From a virus (lineage: Duplodnaviria; Heunggongvirae; Uroviricota; Caudoviricetes), in the IMG/VR virus record IMGVR_UViG_3300003155_000137, positions 46,629-110,628 of that record: a stretch of DNA of 64,000 nt; one strand, written 5' to 3'. Position numbers and translations under genes: made by a program. Below, in pieces: positions 1 through 9,566 of this stretch. Position 1 is the first letter of the stretch; the number at the start of each line of letters is the position of its first letter. The notes under the pieces were generated by a model, which was not told where the DNA came from, ran no database searches, and was given only the letters and a program-made list of their open reading frames with translations.

Positions 1-476
1 CCCCATCGCAGGGCGATCTTGTGGCCGTGAAGAGGGAGAACGACCTCGCGCACAATCAGGAGAAGATGGACTACGTGCGTGAGGCCATATCAAGCTCCGA
101 CGACAGGTGGTGCGTCTTCTATCAGTACAACGGCGAGAGGGACGCGCTGCGGTCCATGCTGTCGTCGCTCGGGCGTCCGGTGTCCGAGGTGTCAGGTTCC
201 GTCAAGGACCTGTCCGCCTATGAGAAGTATGATAATTCGGTCACCATCATCCAGATAGTGGCAGGTGCCACGGGAATCAACCTTCAGAAGTGCAACCGCT
301 CGATATTCACCATGCCGTTCAACGCCGACCAGCAGCTCCAGGCCGAGCGCAGGACGAGGAGGATAGGTCAGACACGCCCGTGCTTCTACTACATCCTGTC
401 CACGGATTCGAGGTATGATGAGTCCAGACTGAGGGACATCGAGAGCAAGCGCGAGGCCGTGAACTCGATAGGCTGA
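1..476 (+). CDS. Superfamily-2 helicase C-terminal fragment; the 5' end lies outside the window
   Basis: The ORF is open to the window edge. It has a helicase motif VI-like QAERRTRRIGQ and a motif V-like VAGATGINLQ. Confidence 0.5.
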   Translation, partial: PSQGDLVAVKRENDLAHNQEKMDYVREAISSSDDRWCVFYQYNGERDALRSMLSSLGRPVSEVSGSVKDLSAYEKYDNSVTIIQIVAGATGINLQKCNRSIFTMPFNADQQLQAERRTRRIGQTRPCFYYILSTDSRYDESRLRDIESKREAVNSIG

Positions 477-492
477 AAGGACGACGGACAGT

Positions 493-3400
493 ATGACCAA
501 CAGGTATGTTCCACTCCACTGCCATAGCCATTACTCGCTGCTGGACGGATACCAAACCGTTCCGGAATACGCGAGGTATCTGACGGAGAACGGATACAGG
601 GCCGGCGGGCTGACCGACCACGGTGTCGTGTCCGGTCTTGAGGAGTTCGACTATGAGCTTCGCAGGCTCGGTGATGTCAAGCCGGTTCTCGGCATAGAGG
701 CGTATCTGACCGACGATGTCACCAACATCATGACGAACCGCCCGATTCTTGATTCGGCCGGCAGACCCAAGGTCGATAAGAAGACCGGCGAGCCGATGTT
801 CGAGAAGCAGAGGCCGAAGGATTTCAATCACGGATGCATGTGGGCTGAGAACGACAGGGGTCTTGAGAACCTGTTCACGCTGTCCACGCTCTCGTATGAG
901 AGGGGCTTCTACCGTAAGCCCAGAATAGACCTCCCGATGATGCGGGATCATCACGATGGTCTTTTCGTGTCGGACGGATGCCTTCTGTCCCAGGTCGCAA
1001 GAGCCGCCGTCGATGCGATTGGGGCGAACGATGACAGGTCGCGCCAGACCGCCATCGACAAGGCATATGACTGGATCGAATCGCTGGTCGACATCTTCGG
1101 ACGCGACCATGTCCTCATAGAGCTGCATACATGGCAGTTCACCAATCCAGGAGATGACGAGAAGTCTCTTGAGCTGAACCGCCAGATGCGGGCGGCCAAC
1201 CATCTGAAGCTCCAGCTTGCCAGGGACCTCGGGCTCATGACCATAGCGGTCAACGACGCCCATTACGGCCATCGTGAGGACTATGAATGGCACGAGCTCG
1301 AATGGTCCACCACCACGAAGAAGGGTGAGGATTACAACGACGACAAGACCGACGGAAGAGGCGAGACCGCCGCGTGGGTGATGAACGACGACGAGGTGCG
1401 CTACTGGCTCGGGAGGCATGGTCTCCCGGAGGACGCGATAGAGGAATCCATCGAGAACACGTCCAGAATAGCCGATGCGTGCAACGCCCACATCAACCGC
1501 TCGCTCAATCCTCCGAGGTTCCTCGACACGAGGGAGGAGGACGAGGAGCTGTTTGACAGGACCATCGCCGACGGCTTCAAGGAGCTTGTTCCGAAGAAGA
1601 AGGCCGGCGAGTACATGGATAGGCTCAACCGCGAGGTCGAGCTGGTCAAGAAGTGCGACCTGACAGGCTATTTCAACACCGTCGCCGACTACTCGAACTT
1701 CGTCCGCGCCGAGGACCCCGATGGCGAGACGTATGGCATCGAGGGCAAGCACGCATCTTTATTAGGGCCAGGACGCGGATGTTTCCTCCCCGGCAATCTC
1801 GTGTCAACGTTTAAGCGCGGATTTCCCCATCGCAACCTTTGGCCGGATACAGGTTACGAGTTCGACGAGCCGCTGAAGCGCATCGAGGACATCAAGGTCG
1901 GGCAGAAGGTGCTGACGCACGATTGCACGTTCCACGAGGTTCTTGAGAAGTACGAGTACGATGTGCATGACGAGGACTGCGTTGAGCTCACGCTCAGCAA
2001 CGGTCACGTCATCAGGTGCACCGCGGATCACTGCATATTCCGTCAGGACGATGGATTCGTTCGCGCCGACGAGCTGCATGAAGGCGACGTGCTTGAGGGG
2101 TCGTACCGTCCGAAGGAGACTGTTGACGTGGTGTGTGCCGATTGCGGACACCGCCAGAAGCTCCCGTTCATCAAGTGGAAGAGCGACATGACGACTTCTT
2201 CGGTTGTCCGTGATAGAGGAGTGTTCATCTGCGCACACTGCCGCAACAAGAGGAACAGTGACTACTACAAACCCATCACATCGAAGCTCGGTGCCATCGC
2301 CGCTGCATCTCCGGAGTCGCGTCTCAAGAACTCGGAATCGGTGAAGAGGTTCTGGGAGACCCATCCAGACGTCAAGGACGCTGTGGCCAAAAAGACGGTT
2401 GAGCGCTACAAGAACCCAGTCAACCGTATGCTCACCGCTGAGGCGACATCAAAGGGATTGTCGATGCTTGGCGAGGAGCAGTATATGAGGATGTCCCTGT
2501 CCAATGGGTACAAGACAGGCATCTTCTACTCGCAGAAGATGGGGAGGAACATTTTCTTTGCGTCGTCATACGAGTTGAAGGCAATCCACATCTTCGAGAC
2601 CGACTCTAACGTCGTGAGCTACGACAGGTGCAAGTCCGATGACGGGGACCACCTTCTCTACATCAGATATGGGTATGCGCGACGGTACAATCCCGACTTC
2701 GACGTCCGTTATTCGGATGGAACGAGGAAGATAATCGAGGTGAAGGCCGATTGGCGTCGTAACGACCCGGTGACTCTGGCGAAGGCCGACGCGGCCCGTG
2801 CATACTGCGACGCAATCGGTGCCGAGTATGAAATCTGGGGAAGACACGAGCTTGAGGTGGCCAACGACTGGCAGCACATTCCGACCACCGTCACGTCGGT
2901 TCGCCACTTCAAGTACACGGGCAAGGTCTACGATCTCCATGTCGAGGGGGTGCACAACTACACGGTCGGCCGCGTCACGGTACACAATTCGGCTGGTGGA
3001 AGTCTTGTCTGCTATCTCATGCACATCACCAACCTCGACCCGATCAAGTTCGGACTGATCTTCGAGAGGTTCCTGACTGCCGGACGTGTCATCAGCACGG
3101 TGCATGTCGCGTTCGACGACGGCACGGAGAAATCGTATGACCCGTCAGACATGGTTGAGCTTTCGGACGGCACGAGCGAGGAGTCATGGCATCTTCTCGA
3201 CGAGGCCGGACTTGAGACCAAAGACGGTGTTGTCGATCATACGTGGTTCGATTTCCATGACTGCCCCGACATCGACCTTGACTTCACCGCCGAGGTCATC
3301 CCGTTGCTCAACGCCTACTTGAAGAAGCGTTACGGCGAGGAGAACTTCTGCCACATCGGGACGTTCCAGGAGCTCAAGCTGGCGTCGGCGATCAAGGACA

Positions 3401-5244
3401 TCGCAAGGGTCGACGGCATATCGCCGCAGGAGGCCATGGGATACGTCAGGGAGCTTGAGGCGTCCGGCTGGCCGATGAACGACTCCACCCTGTCACACAC
3501 GTTCGATGAACTGTGGCAGTGCATCGCATTGAGCGCCGACCTCATGGACCTCGGCAGGGATTTCTGGGAGCGCGTCTGGCAGTGGTGCGGTCGCTACCGT
3601 TCCGAGGGAATCCACGCATCGGGCTACGTCATCTCGAAGGCGTCCCTTATGGGTCGCGTCCCGCTTCGCATCAAGAAGGGCGAGGACCTTTACACGTCGC
3701 AGTGGGACTACGACTCGATAGTCCGTTGCGGATTCATCAAGTTCGACATCCTGAAGCTCAGCTCGCTGGATACCATCACCGACGTGTACAGGCTCACGCA
3801 CGACGGCGAGCTTGACGTGCAGGAGGCGTATCGTGAGATGCGCGACGAGAGGTTGCTTCGTGGCAAGGCCCTGTGGGGTCCGACATGGGGCGGCGACACG
3901 CTTGGCATCTTCCAGATGGACACCAAGCTCGGTACGACCACGGCCATGAACGCGCGCATCAATTCGCTCCGCGACGCCGGCATGCTGTCCGCAGCCGACC
4001 GCCCAGGACTCGTGCGTTCCGGCCTCATCGACGAGTTCTACAAGGTGAGGCTGGGTCAGGAGCCGGTGAACCACTATCACCCGCTCATCGACGACATCCT
4101 GGAGGAGACCGACGGGTTCATCCTCTATCAGGAGCAGATCATGAGCATCTATCAGCGCATGTGCGGCATGACGATGGGTGAGGCAGACAACGTCCGCAAA
4201 ATCTTCTCCAAGAAGAAGCTCGACAAGGTCGAGGAGATGAGGAACCTGCTCCGCGATTCGTGCCTGTCAAGCCGGGAGTTCGTGAGACTCACCCCGGACA
4301 AATACCGCAACGTCGAGGAGTGCTTCGACGACATCTGGAGGGGTCTTTCCAGAACCGCCGAGTACAGCTTCAACAAGTCCCACGCGACATCCTACGGACA
4401 GATCACGGCGATTGAGGAACTCTACAAGGTCAACTTCCCCGCCGAGTTCATCACGGCGTCGCTGAACACCGACCCGTCGGACACCAGATTCATCTCGTGG
4501 GCCAGGGCTCATGGAATCAGGGTGGCACCGCCGAACGTCAATCTTTCCGGTTCGCGATACGAGCTGAGGGACGGCGTCATCTACATGCCCATCCACTCCA
4601 TCAAGGGGATAGGACCCGCTGCGGTCAAGGAGATATTCGCGGGAGCGCCATACTCGTCGTTCGACGACTACCTTGAGCGCACGTCCGGTCGTGGTGGGCG
4701 GAAGAAGGATGTCATGACCTCGCTCATCTCCATCGGTGCGTTCGACGGCGTCGATCCGCGAGACCGGTTCGAGCTCATGTGCATCTGGAAGACCATGCGC
4801 AAGGAGGAACCGCCGAAGCGCAACACATGGAAGTCCGCAAGGGTCCGTGGAAGAATCGAGGAACGCCTGATCGGCGTGTCGTTGTCGTATGACCCCGTCC
4901 TCGACAACCGTGAGATGCTTGAGTCGCTCGGCCCGCAGAGCCTTCCGGATGTCATGCAGACCGGTGTCGGTGGATTCGTGAGCGTCGCCGGTGAGATCAC
5001 CGAGATTCGCAGGCACCAGGCGAAGACCGGTGAGATGGCGTGGGTGAAGATACGCTTGGTGTCCCATGACGATGTGGAGGTGACCGTTTTCCCGTCCAAG
5101 TGGAGCGATATGAAGGACCTGTTGCAGTCTCACGACCTCGTGTCGGTGAGATGCAAAAGGACGGACGACTACAACGGCAAGATGTCGCTCATAGCCATGA
5201 GCGTCAGGAACATGTCCCTTGAGGACAAGGGGGTTGTGAAATGA
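493..5244 (+). CDS. dnaE: DNA polymerase III alpha subunit (DnaE-type, PHP domain) interrupted by an intein
   Basis: An N-terminal PHP motif HCHSHYSLLDG is present. The polymerase and fingers regions follow the insertion. The 1583-aa ORF is continuous. The intein spans 1780-2988. Confidence 0.8.
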   Translation: MTNRYVPLHCHSHYSLLDGYQTVPEYARYLTENGYRAGGLTDHGVVSGLEEFDYELRRLGDVKPVLGIEAYLTDDVTNIMTNRPILDSAGRPKVDKKTGEPMFEKQRPKDFNHGCMWAENDRGLENLFTLSTLSYERGFYRKPRIDLPMMRDHHDGLFVSDGCLLSQVARAAVDAIGANDDRSRQTAIDKAYDWIESLVDIFGRDHVLIELHTWQFTNPGDDEKSLELNRQMRAANHLKLQLARDLGLMTIAVNDAHYGHREDYEWHELEWSTTTKKGEDYNDDKTDGRGETAAWVMNDDEVRYWLGRHGLPEDAIEESIENTSRIADACNAHINRSLNPPRFLDTREEDEELFDRTIADGFKELVPKKKAGEYMDRLNREVELVKKCDLTGYFNTVADYSNFVRAEDPDGETYGIEGKHASLLGPGRGCFLPGNLVSTFKRGFPHRNLWPDTGYEFDEPLKRIEDIKVGQKVLTHDCTFHEVLEKYEYDVHDEDCVELTLSNGHVIRCTADHCIFRQDDGFVRADELHEGDVLEGSYRPKETVDVVCADCGHRQKLPFIKWKSDMTTSSVVRDRGVFICAHCRNKRNSDYYKPITSKLGAIAAASPESRLKNSESVKRFWETHPDVKDAVAKKTVERYKNPVNRMLTAEATSKGLSMLGEEQYMRMSLSNGYKTGIFYSQKMGRNIFFASSYELKAIHIFETDSNVVSYDRCKSDDGDHLLYIRYGYARRYNPDFDVRYSDGTRKIIEVKADWRRNDPVTLAKADAARAYCDAIGAEYEIWGRHELEVANDWQHIPTTVTSVRHFKYTGKVYDLHVEGVHNYTVGRVTVHNSAGGSLVCYLMHITNLDPIKFGLIFERFLTAGRVISTVHVAFDDGTEKSYDPSDMVELSDGTSEESWHLLDEAGLETKDGVVDHTWFDFHDCPDIDLDFTAEVIPLLNAYLKKRYGEENFCHIGTFQELKLASAIKDIARVDGISPQEAMGYVRELEASGWPMNDSTLSHTFDELWQCIALSADLMDLGRDFWERVWQWCGRYRSEGIHASGYVISKASLMGRVPLRIKKGEDLYTSQWDYDSIVRCGFIKFDILKLSSLDTITDVYRLTHDGELDVQEAYREMRDERLLRGKALWGPTWGGDTLGIFQMDTKLGTTTAMNARINSLRDAGMLSAADRPGLVRSGLIDEFYKVRLGQEPVNHYHPLIDDILEETDGFILYQEQIMSIYQRMCGMTMGEADNVRKIFSKKKLDKVEEMRNLLRDSCLSSREFVRLTPDKYRNVEECFDDIWRGLSRTAEYSFNKSHATSYGQITAIEELYKVNFPAEFITASLNTDPSDTRFISWARAHGIRVAPPNVNLSGSRYELRDGVIYMPIHSIKGIGPAAVKEIFAGAPYSSFDDYLERTSGRGGRKKDVMTSLISIGAFDGVDPRDRFELMCIWKTMRKEEPPKRNTWKSARVRGRIEERLIGVSLSYDPVLDNREMLESLGPQSLPDVMQTGVGGFVSVAGEITEIRRHQAKTGEMAWVKIRLVSHDDVEVTVFPSKWSDMKDLLQSHDLVSVRCKRTDDYNGKMSLIAMSVRNMSLEDKGVVK
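1780..2988 (+). other. Intein (403 aa) within dnaE, carrying a zinc-finger/NUMOD-like/PD-(D/E)xK homing endonuclease domain
   Basis: The start is Hint block A CFLPGNLV (GRG|C). The end is VHN|S. Inside are CxxC...CxxC and YNPDFDV...IEVK motifs. Confidence 0.7.
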
Positions 5245-6107
5245 CCAAGGCCAGGGTGTTGGCGTTCGACGGCAACTATGTCATCATGAGGTCGTGGAAC
5301 GCATTCTCGCAGCTTTCGACCGAGGATGGCCGTCCATCCGGCGCGTTGTACGGATACATCTCGTCATACAGGAGGTTCCTTGAGAAGTACCGTCCGAAGT
5401 ACCTCATCCCGCTCTTCGACTACGGAAGGTCGTCGTATCGCACGTCAATCGACGCGAGCTACAAGTGCGACCGTGGGGCGAAGCCGGACGAGCTCATCGC
5501 CCAGATGGATGCATGCAGGGAGTTCGTCCGTCTGATCGGCGGAAAGCCGTATGTCGAGAGGAACGTGGAAGCCGACGATCTGGCCGCGAAGATAGCCAAG
5601 GAGTATGCTGGCGGCGACTACAGCGTTCTTCTGTTGTCGGCGGACCACGACTGGCAGCAGCTTGTGGGCGACAACGTCACGTTCCTCCGCCCGAGGGGAC
5701 ATGGCGACGGCGAGGACGTCATAACCTACGGCAAGGCCGAGGAGCGTCTTGGGTGGCCACCCGAGCGGTGGGCCGAGGTCGCCGCCATCATGGGTGACCC
5801 CGGAGATCACGTCATCGGAATCAAGGGGTATGGATGGAAGAAGTCGCTCAAGACGGTGTCCGAGCATGGCGACCTGTGGACTGCGGTCGAGGAGGACCCG
5901 AAACTGAAGCCCCATGCATCCACCATCCTGAGGAACTACAGCCTCGTGAAGCTGACCGGCGACGTTCCGAGCGAACCGGTCCCCCTTGAGCAGAACAGGG
6001 TCAAACGGCTCGATGCGTCGAAGCGCAACTCCGAGCTTGTGGAATTCTTGGAGTCGTGGGGCATGGAGTCCTTTGCCGAGATGGTGATGTCGAATGAGTT
6101 CATCTGA
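5241..6107 (+). CDS. 5'-3' exonuclease / flap endonuclease (Pol I N-terminal-like, PIN fold)
   Basis: Composition and motifs (LAFDGNY, GALYGY, acidic clusters) fit the FEN/53EXO family. The start overlaps the dnaE stop. Confidence 0.55.
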   Translation: MTKARVLAFDGNYVIMRSWNAFSQLSTEDGRPSGALYGYISSYRRFLEKYRPKYLIPLFDYGRSSYRTSIDASYKCDRGAKPDELIAQMDACREFVRLIGGKPYVERNVEADDLAAKIAKEYAGGDYSVLLLSADHDWQQLVGDNVTFLRPRGHGDGEDVITYGKAEERLGWPPERWAEVAAIMGDPGDHVIGIKGYGWKKSLKTVSEHGDLWTAVEEDPKLKPHASTILRNYSLVKLTGDVPSEPVPLEQNRVKRLDASKRNSELVEFLESWGMESFAEMVMSNEFI

Positions 6108-6825
6108 CGAAGGTGGCAAGCGGCCGGTCGATGTCCTTGAGTCCTATGGACTGCCGCTTGGTGTCAGATGGTATCGGTGGAACGGCGACGAACACGTCTG
6201 CGATGTCTGCGGTCTCATCTTCGACGATATCCAGAAGCTCTCGGTGCATCGAAGGTATCACTTCGCGTATACGATATCCGGAGTGGATCAGGGTACGAAC
6301 TTCGACGACCTTGTGTCCGGCGTGATGATGATGTGGAACGAGTTCCGCTCCGAGCATCCGTTGCCGGTCGTCGTCCCGCTGTTCGGTGACGTCAACGTCC
6401 GTGGAAGGACGAGGGGCGTCATCGACCGATCCGGTTCGTATATGCCGCTGTACTACGAGGACAGGATTCTCGACGAGTCGACGTCGGTTCGCTATGGGGC
6501 CATCGTGTTCCCTGATATGTGGATGAGGCTTGACATCGACGGCAAGTGCGCCTCCTTGGCACATACGGCGGCGCATATCGAGAACGCCACGACGCAGCAT
6601 GTGCATGACATATCGTTCTCCGGCAACGGGTGGCATAACCGTCTCTTCATGAGAACCGCATGCACATACGACCTCTATGTGTCCAACGTCCCCGGTCGCG
6701 GATACGCCATGACCATCATCAACGACACGTTCCGTGAACGGCACGCCGACGCCATGAAGCGTATGGGCAGGTTCAGGCCGTTCTCGGACATCGGCGGAAG
6801 GCGCGTCGGGTATTGCGGACTATGA
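6094..6825 (+). CDS. Hypothetical protein with one C2H2-like zinc finger
   Basis: HVCDVCGLIFDDIQKLSVHRRYHF. Confidence 0.3.
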   Translation: MSSSDEGGKRPVDVLESYGLPLGVRWYRWNGDEHVCDVCGLIFDDIQKLSVHRRYHFAYTISGVDQGTNFDDLVSGVMMMWNEFRSEHPLPVVVPLFGDVNVRGRTRGVIDRSGSYMPLYYEDRILDESTSVRYGAIVFPDMWMRLDIDGKCASLAHTAAHIENATTQHVHDISFSGNGWHNRLFMRTACTYDLYVSNVPGRGYAMTIINDTFRERHADAMKRMGRFRPFSDIGGRRVGYCGL

Positions 6826-7566
6826 GTGCCGGAGTCCTGGAGTCAACGTATCATAGGAACCATGAACGTAATGACACTGGACATCGAGACCACCGGACTC
6901 GACTACATGCACGACGACATCATCGAGGTCGCCATCCACGGCGATATCGGAACCGCCGACATCTACATCCAGTCCGATGTGGACAGCGCTCCTGAAGCGC
7001 TTGAGAGACATCATCTGACCAAGGACTTTCTGGCAGACCATAAGAAATACGACACAAGAAAATCGGCCCTTGAGGTGGTCGCGTCAATCATCTCCGACCC
7101 GGAGTCCCATATCGTCGCCCACAATGCGAAGTTCGTCTTCACGATGCTGATGTGCAATATGATACGCGAAGATGTGGGTTCCGACCTGCTTGACGCCATG
7201 TCGAACGTCGTTCCCCTTGACACGATGGTCATGGATGTCATGCTCAATCCGAACGCCCGTGGAAGGTCGCGCTCGCTCCCGTCGCTCTGCAAGCTGTATG
7301 GCACCGACATTCGTCCGAACGGGTCGGCCAAGAGGGATGCGAAGTGCATCGCGGAGATCGCCGATGCCCAGATCGGACTGCTCGTCCGCGACAACGAGAA
7401 CGTGTCTGACGCCCACATCGACTCGCTGTCCGAGCTGGTGGCCAAGAGGGCCGAGGAGCAGCAGTTCGACAGAAACCTGTGGCTTGAGGCGCATGGTCGT
7501 GACGAGGAGCCGACTGGATATCCGTACTTGTGGAGGTACACTGAGGAGCTGTCCTTGGATTTCTGA
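6826..7566 (+). CDS. DnaQ-like DEDDh 3'-5' exonuclease
   Basis: Exo I motif LDIETTGLD and Exo II motif IVAHNAKFVF are present. Confidence 0.65.
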   Translation: MPESWSQRIIGTMNVMTLDIETTGLDYMHDDIIEVAIHGDIGTADIYIQSDVDSAPEALERHHLTKDFLADHKKYDTRKSALEVVASIISDPESHIVAHNAKFVFTMLMCNMIREDVGSDLLDAMSNVVPLDTMVMDVMLNPNARGRSRSLPSLCKLYGTDIRPNGSAKRDAKCIAEIADAQIGLLVRDNENVSDAHIDSLSELVAKRAEEQQFDRNLWLEAHGRDEEPTGYPYLWRYTEELSLDF

Positions 7567-7647
7567 CACGCGGATTTTGCGTTTTCCGCAGACCGATGTA
7601 CACTGAATACATGCTCGGTTTTACAGCCGGACTACCTATCTAGACTG

Positions 7648-7700
7648 CATGAGGGTCGTGTGAGGTTTTCGCTGTTTTCCTCACACGAGCCTCATGGCTC
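7648..7700 (+). terminator. Nested perfect hairpin (CATGAGG-GTGTGAGG / CCTCACAC-CCTCATG) with a T-rich loop, after the exonuclease gene
   Basis: The inverted repeats are read directly from the sequence. Confidence 0.45.
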
Positions 7701-7715
7701 AATCCACGGTCTGGA

Positions 7716-7775
7716 GGACGATGCGCTTGGTGCGCGTCACCGGGTTCGATTCCCGGTCTGGAACGGCAGGCTCGG
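7716..7775 (+). ncRNA. tRNA-like fragment (canonical T-arm CCGGG-TTCGATT-CCCGG), incomplete cloverleaf
   Basis: The T-arm is present but no acceptor or D-arm partner was found. A direct repeat CGGTCTGGA lies at 7706 and 7763. Confidence 0.2.
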
Positions 7776-7996
7776 TGTCTGTTCCGCGCTAGTCCGACGA
7801 TGAGCGAGGCGAGTCGTCGGATGCGGTTCAGGCGGCCATTACCGTGGTCGAGTCCGCTCCGGAACGGTAATTCGCGGGAGCGGGTGCGTGCATAGCGGCG
7901 CGCGCACATGAACAGTGCGGAGGCACAGATAAAAGCTCACGCCGCGTCCATGCGACGGATCGGGTTGTGTGGACGCGGAGCGCCGCATGTGCTCGG

Positions 7997-8035
7997 GCAC
8001 GGAGGTGTTTTCTCACCTCTTTTCCGCCTCCGTGC
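7997..8035 (+). terminator. Hairpin GCACGGAGG...CCTCCGTGC with an inner GGAGGTG-TTTTCT-CACCTC stem followed by TTTTCC
   Basis: The inverted repeat and T-run are read directly. Confidence 0.4.
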
Positions 8036-8044
8036 TTGGGCGAC

Positions 8045-8117
8045 GGGGTATTGGCGCAGTTGGTAGCGCATCTGCTTTGCAAGCAGAGGGTCGCCGGTTC
8101 GAGTCCGGCATGCTCCA
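8045..8117 (+). tRNA. tRNA-Ala (anticodon UGC)
   Basis: Acceptor GGGGTAT/ATGCTCC, D-arm GCGC..GCGC, anticodon stem TCTGC/GCAGA with loop TTTGCAA, and T-arm GCCGG-TTCGAGT-CCGGC all fold. Confidence 0.8.
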
Positions 8118-8224
8118 CGATGCCGACGTCCGTGGTCTTCTCGTCATGGCCACGGATGGTCGGCGCGACGCCGGACGTGGTGTGCTTCCTCCTTTCGGTC
8201 ATGGGTTCTGACATCGTCCGGTTG

Positions 8225-8298
8225 GCCCGCCTAGCTCAGATGGCCAGAGCGGCCGCCTTGTAAGCGGCAGGTCGTCGGTTCGATCCCGACGGCGGGCT
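8225..8298 (+). tRNA. tRNA-Thr (anticodon UGU)
   Basis: Acceptor GCCCGCC/GGCGGGC, anticodon loop CTTGTAA and T-arm GTCGG-TTCGATC-CCGAC all fold. Confidence 0.8.
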
Positions 8299-8301
8299 CA
8301 T

Positions 8302-8374
8302 GCGTCCGTGGTGTCAATGGTCAGCACTTCTGCCTTCCACGCAGACGGAGCCGGTTCGAGTCCGGTCGGACGCT
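8302..8374 (+). tRNA. tRNA-Gly (anticodon UCC)
   Basis: Acceptor GCGTCCG/CGGACGC, anticodon loop CTTCCAC and T-arm GCCGG-TTCGAGT-CCGGT all fold. Confidence 0.75.
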
Positions 8375-8541
8375 CGGTGGCGCGCCAATGTCAATGTTGA
8401 CGGCGTTTCTGTCCACGGGATGGTGTTTAATCATAGTGACGGTTCCGATAACGGAACCGTAGGCACGAAAGGCGATGTCCCGCATGTATTCGGCGGGACG
8501 ATGCACGAATTGCCTATGACGAACACTGAAAGGTATATGAG

Positions 8542-9468
8542 ATGGCAACATCAAGCAAGTACGCGGACGCGGCCAAGCGCTATGACGAGCGCACCAAGTT
8601 CTCCGGCGTCTCCGACAAGACGCTCAAGTTCATCACCAACACCAAGAAGGAGCCGAAGATTTACATCCAGCTCCTTTCCGAAGGGCTTCTCGCCGTTCCG
8701 ATGCACAACTTCGTTGAGGTGAAGGGCGGCGACGGCAACACCCACAAGATGTCGTTCGTCTGCCAGTCGCTCATCGACCGCCCCTGCTACATCTGCGACA
8801 ACGGCCTTGCCGTCGACCAGTACAACAAGGACGGCAAGCCCCGCAAGCGCATGGTCGGACTGGCCATCCAGTTCGAGAAGTCCGGCAAGAAGTACACGCC
8901 GATTCGTGAGGACATCGTCGTCACGCCGGAGACCGGCAAGCGGATCGCCAAGAAGTATCCCGACCTCTCGCCGAAGATCGACGAGGATCGCTACACGTTC
9001 ACCGACATGCCGAAGGTGGGCATTCTCGACACCAACAAGTCCGTCGACGACGGCCTCGCGCTCATCATGACCGAGACCGGTTCCGTGAACGACTGCATCT
9101 TCCTCATCGCAAGGACCGGCGAGGGGCTTCAGACCTCGTACTCGGCCCAGCGTCTGAGCGATTCCCCCATCGACTTCGATGAGGAGGATGACGAGCTCAC
9201 CCAGGAGGTGATGGCCTCCATCGAGATGTCCATGAGCGTCGACGACTACATCGACGCCTACATCTCGGAGGATCGTCTCAAGTCCGCGTTCGGGCTTGAC
9301 TCCGACGGCCCGTCCAAGAGCCGCCGTTCGTCGGATCGTGATGACGAGGATGAGGACGTCGATGACGAGGACGTCGATCCTGACGACGATGACGACGACG
9401 ATGACGACGTCGACATGGATGCGATGTTCGCCAAGTCGTACCGTCGCGGACGTCGTCACGATTCATGA
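8542..9468 (+). CDS. Putative gp32-like ssDNA-binding protein (zinc site plus acidic C-terminal tail)
   Basis: H-x5-C-x8-C-x2-C (HKMSFVCQSLIDRPCYIC) resembles the T4 gp32 zinc site. The C-terminus has a (D/E)-rich tail, DDEDEDVDDEDVDPDDDDDDDDDVD. Confidence 0.35.
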   Translation: MATSSKYADAAKRYDERTKFSGVSDKTLKFITNTKKEPKIYIQLLSEGLLAVPMHNFVEVKGGDGNTHKMSFVCQSLIDRPCYICDNGLAVDQYNKDGKPRKRMVGLAIQFEKSGKKYTPIREDIVVTPETGKRIAKKYPDLSPKIDEDRYTFTDMPKVGILDTNKSVDDGLALIMTETGSVNDCIFLIARTGEGLQTSYSAQRLSDSPIDFDEEDDELTQEVMASIEMSMSVDDYIDAYISEDRLKSAFGLDSDGPSKSRRSSDRDDEDEDVDDEDVDPDDDDDDDDDVDMDAMFAKSYRRGRRHDS

Positions 9469-9507
9469 ACGGAATCGTGGGCTAGGTTCTCATTCATGTA
9501 GATAAAC

Positions 9508-9533
9508 GGGCCGGTCATGGTGGTGGCCGGCCC
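9508..9533 (+). terminator. GC hairpin GGGCCGG-N11-CCGGCCC after the SSB-like gene
   Basis: Inverted repeat read directly; there is no U-tract, which is common in actinobacterial terminators. Confidence 0.3.
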
Positions 9534-9566
9534 CATTCGCCATCAGCTTTCGGAAGGAGAAACGCC

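Noticed and set aside
319-1752. A 477-aa minus-strand ORF antisense to dnaE. Similar long antisense ORFs occur elsewhere, for example 28466-30148 (-), 56622-57893 (-), 46793-47512 (-) and 61723-62610 (-).
   Set aside because: They are Arg/Gly/Pro-rich, low-complexity readings of the GC-rich antisense strand, and each overlaps a well-supported + strand gene with recognisable motifs.
7716-7775. Calling a complete fourth tRNA (Pro-like anticodon loop CTTGGTG) at 7716-7775.
   Set aside because: The T-arm is canonical but the variable region would be 3 nt and no acceptor or D-arm partner sequence exists. It is reported only as a tRNA-like fragment.
7828-8263. ORFs 7828-8214 (-), 7967-8263 (+) and 8300-8722 (+) over the tRNA cluster.
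   Set aside because: They are translations of tRNA and leader sequence. For example ...GLEPATL... is the reverse reading of a T-arm. They are not coding.
8398-8445. A sigma70-like promoter (TTGACG ... TTTAAT) between tRNA-Gly and the SSB gene.
   Set aside because: The spacing and hexamers are poor. It is mentioned only as an AT-richer patch with two hairpins (CGGTTCCG-ATAA-CGGAACCG and GTCCCGC...GCGGGAC), without a confident call.
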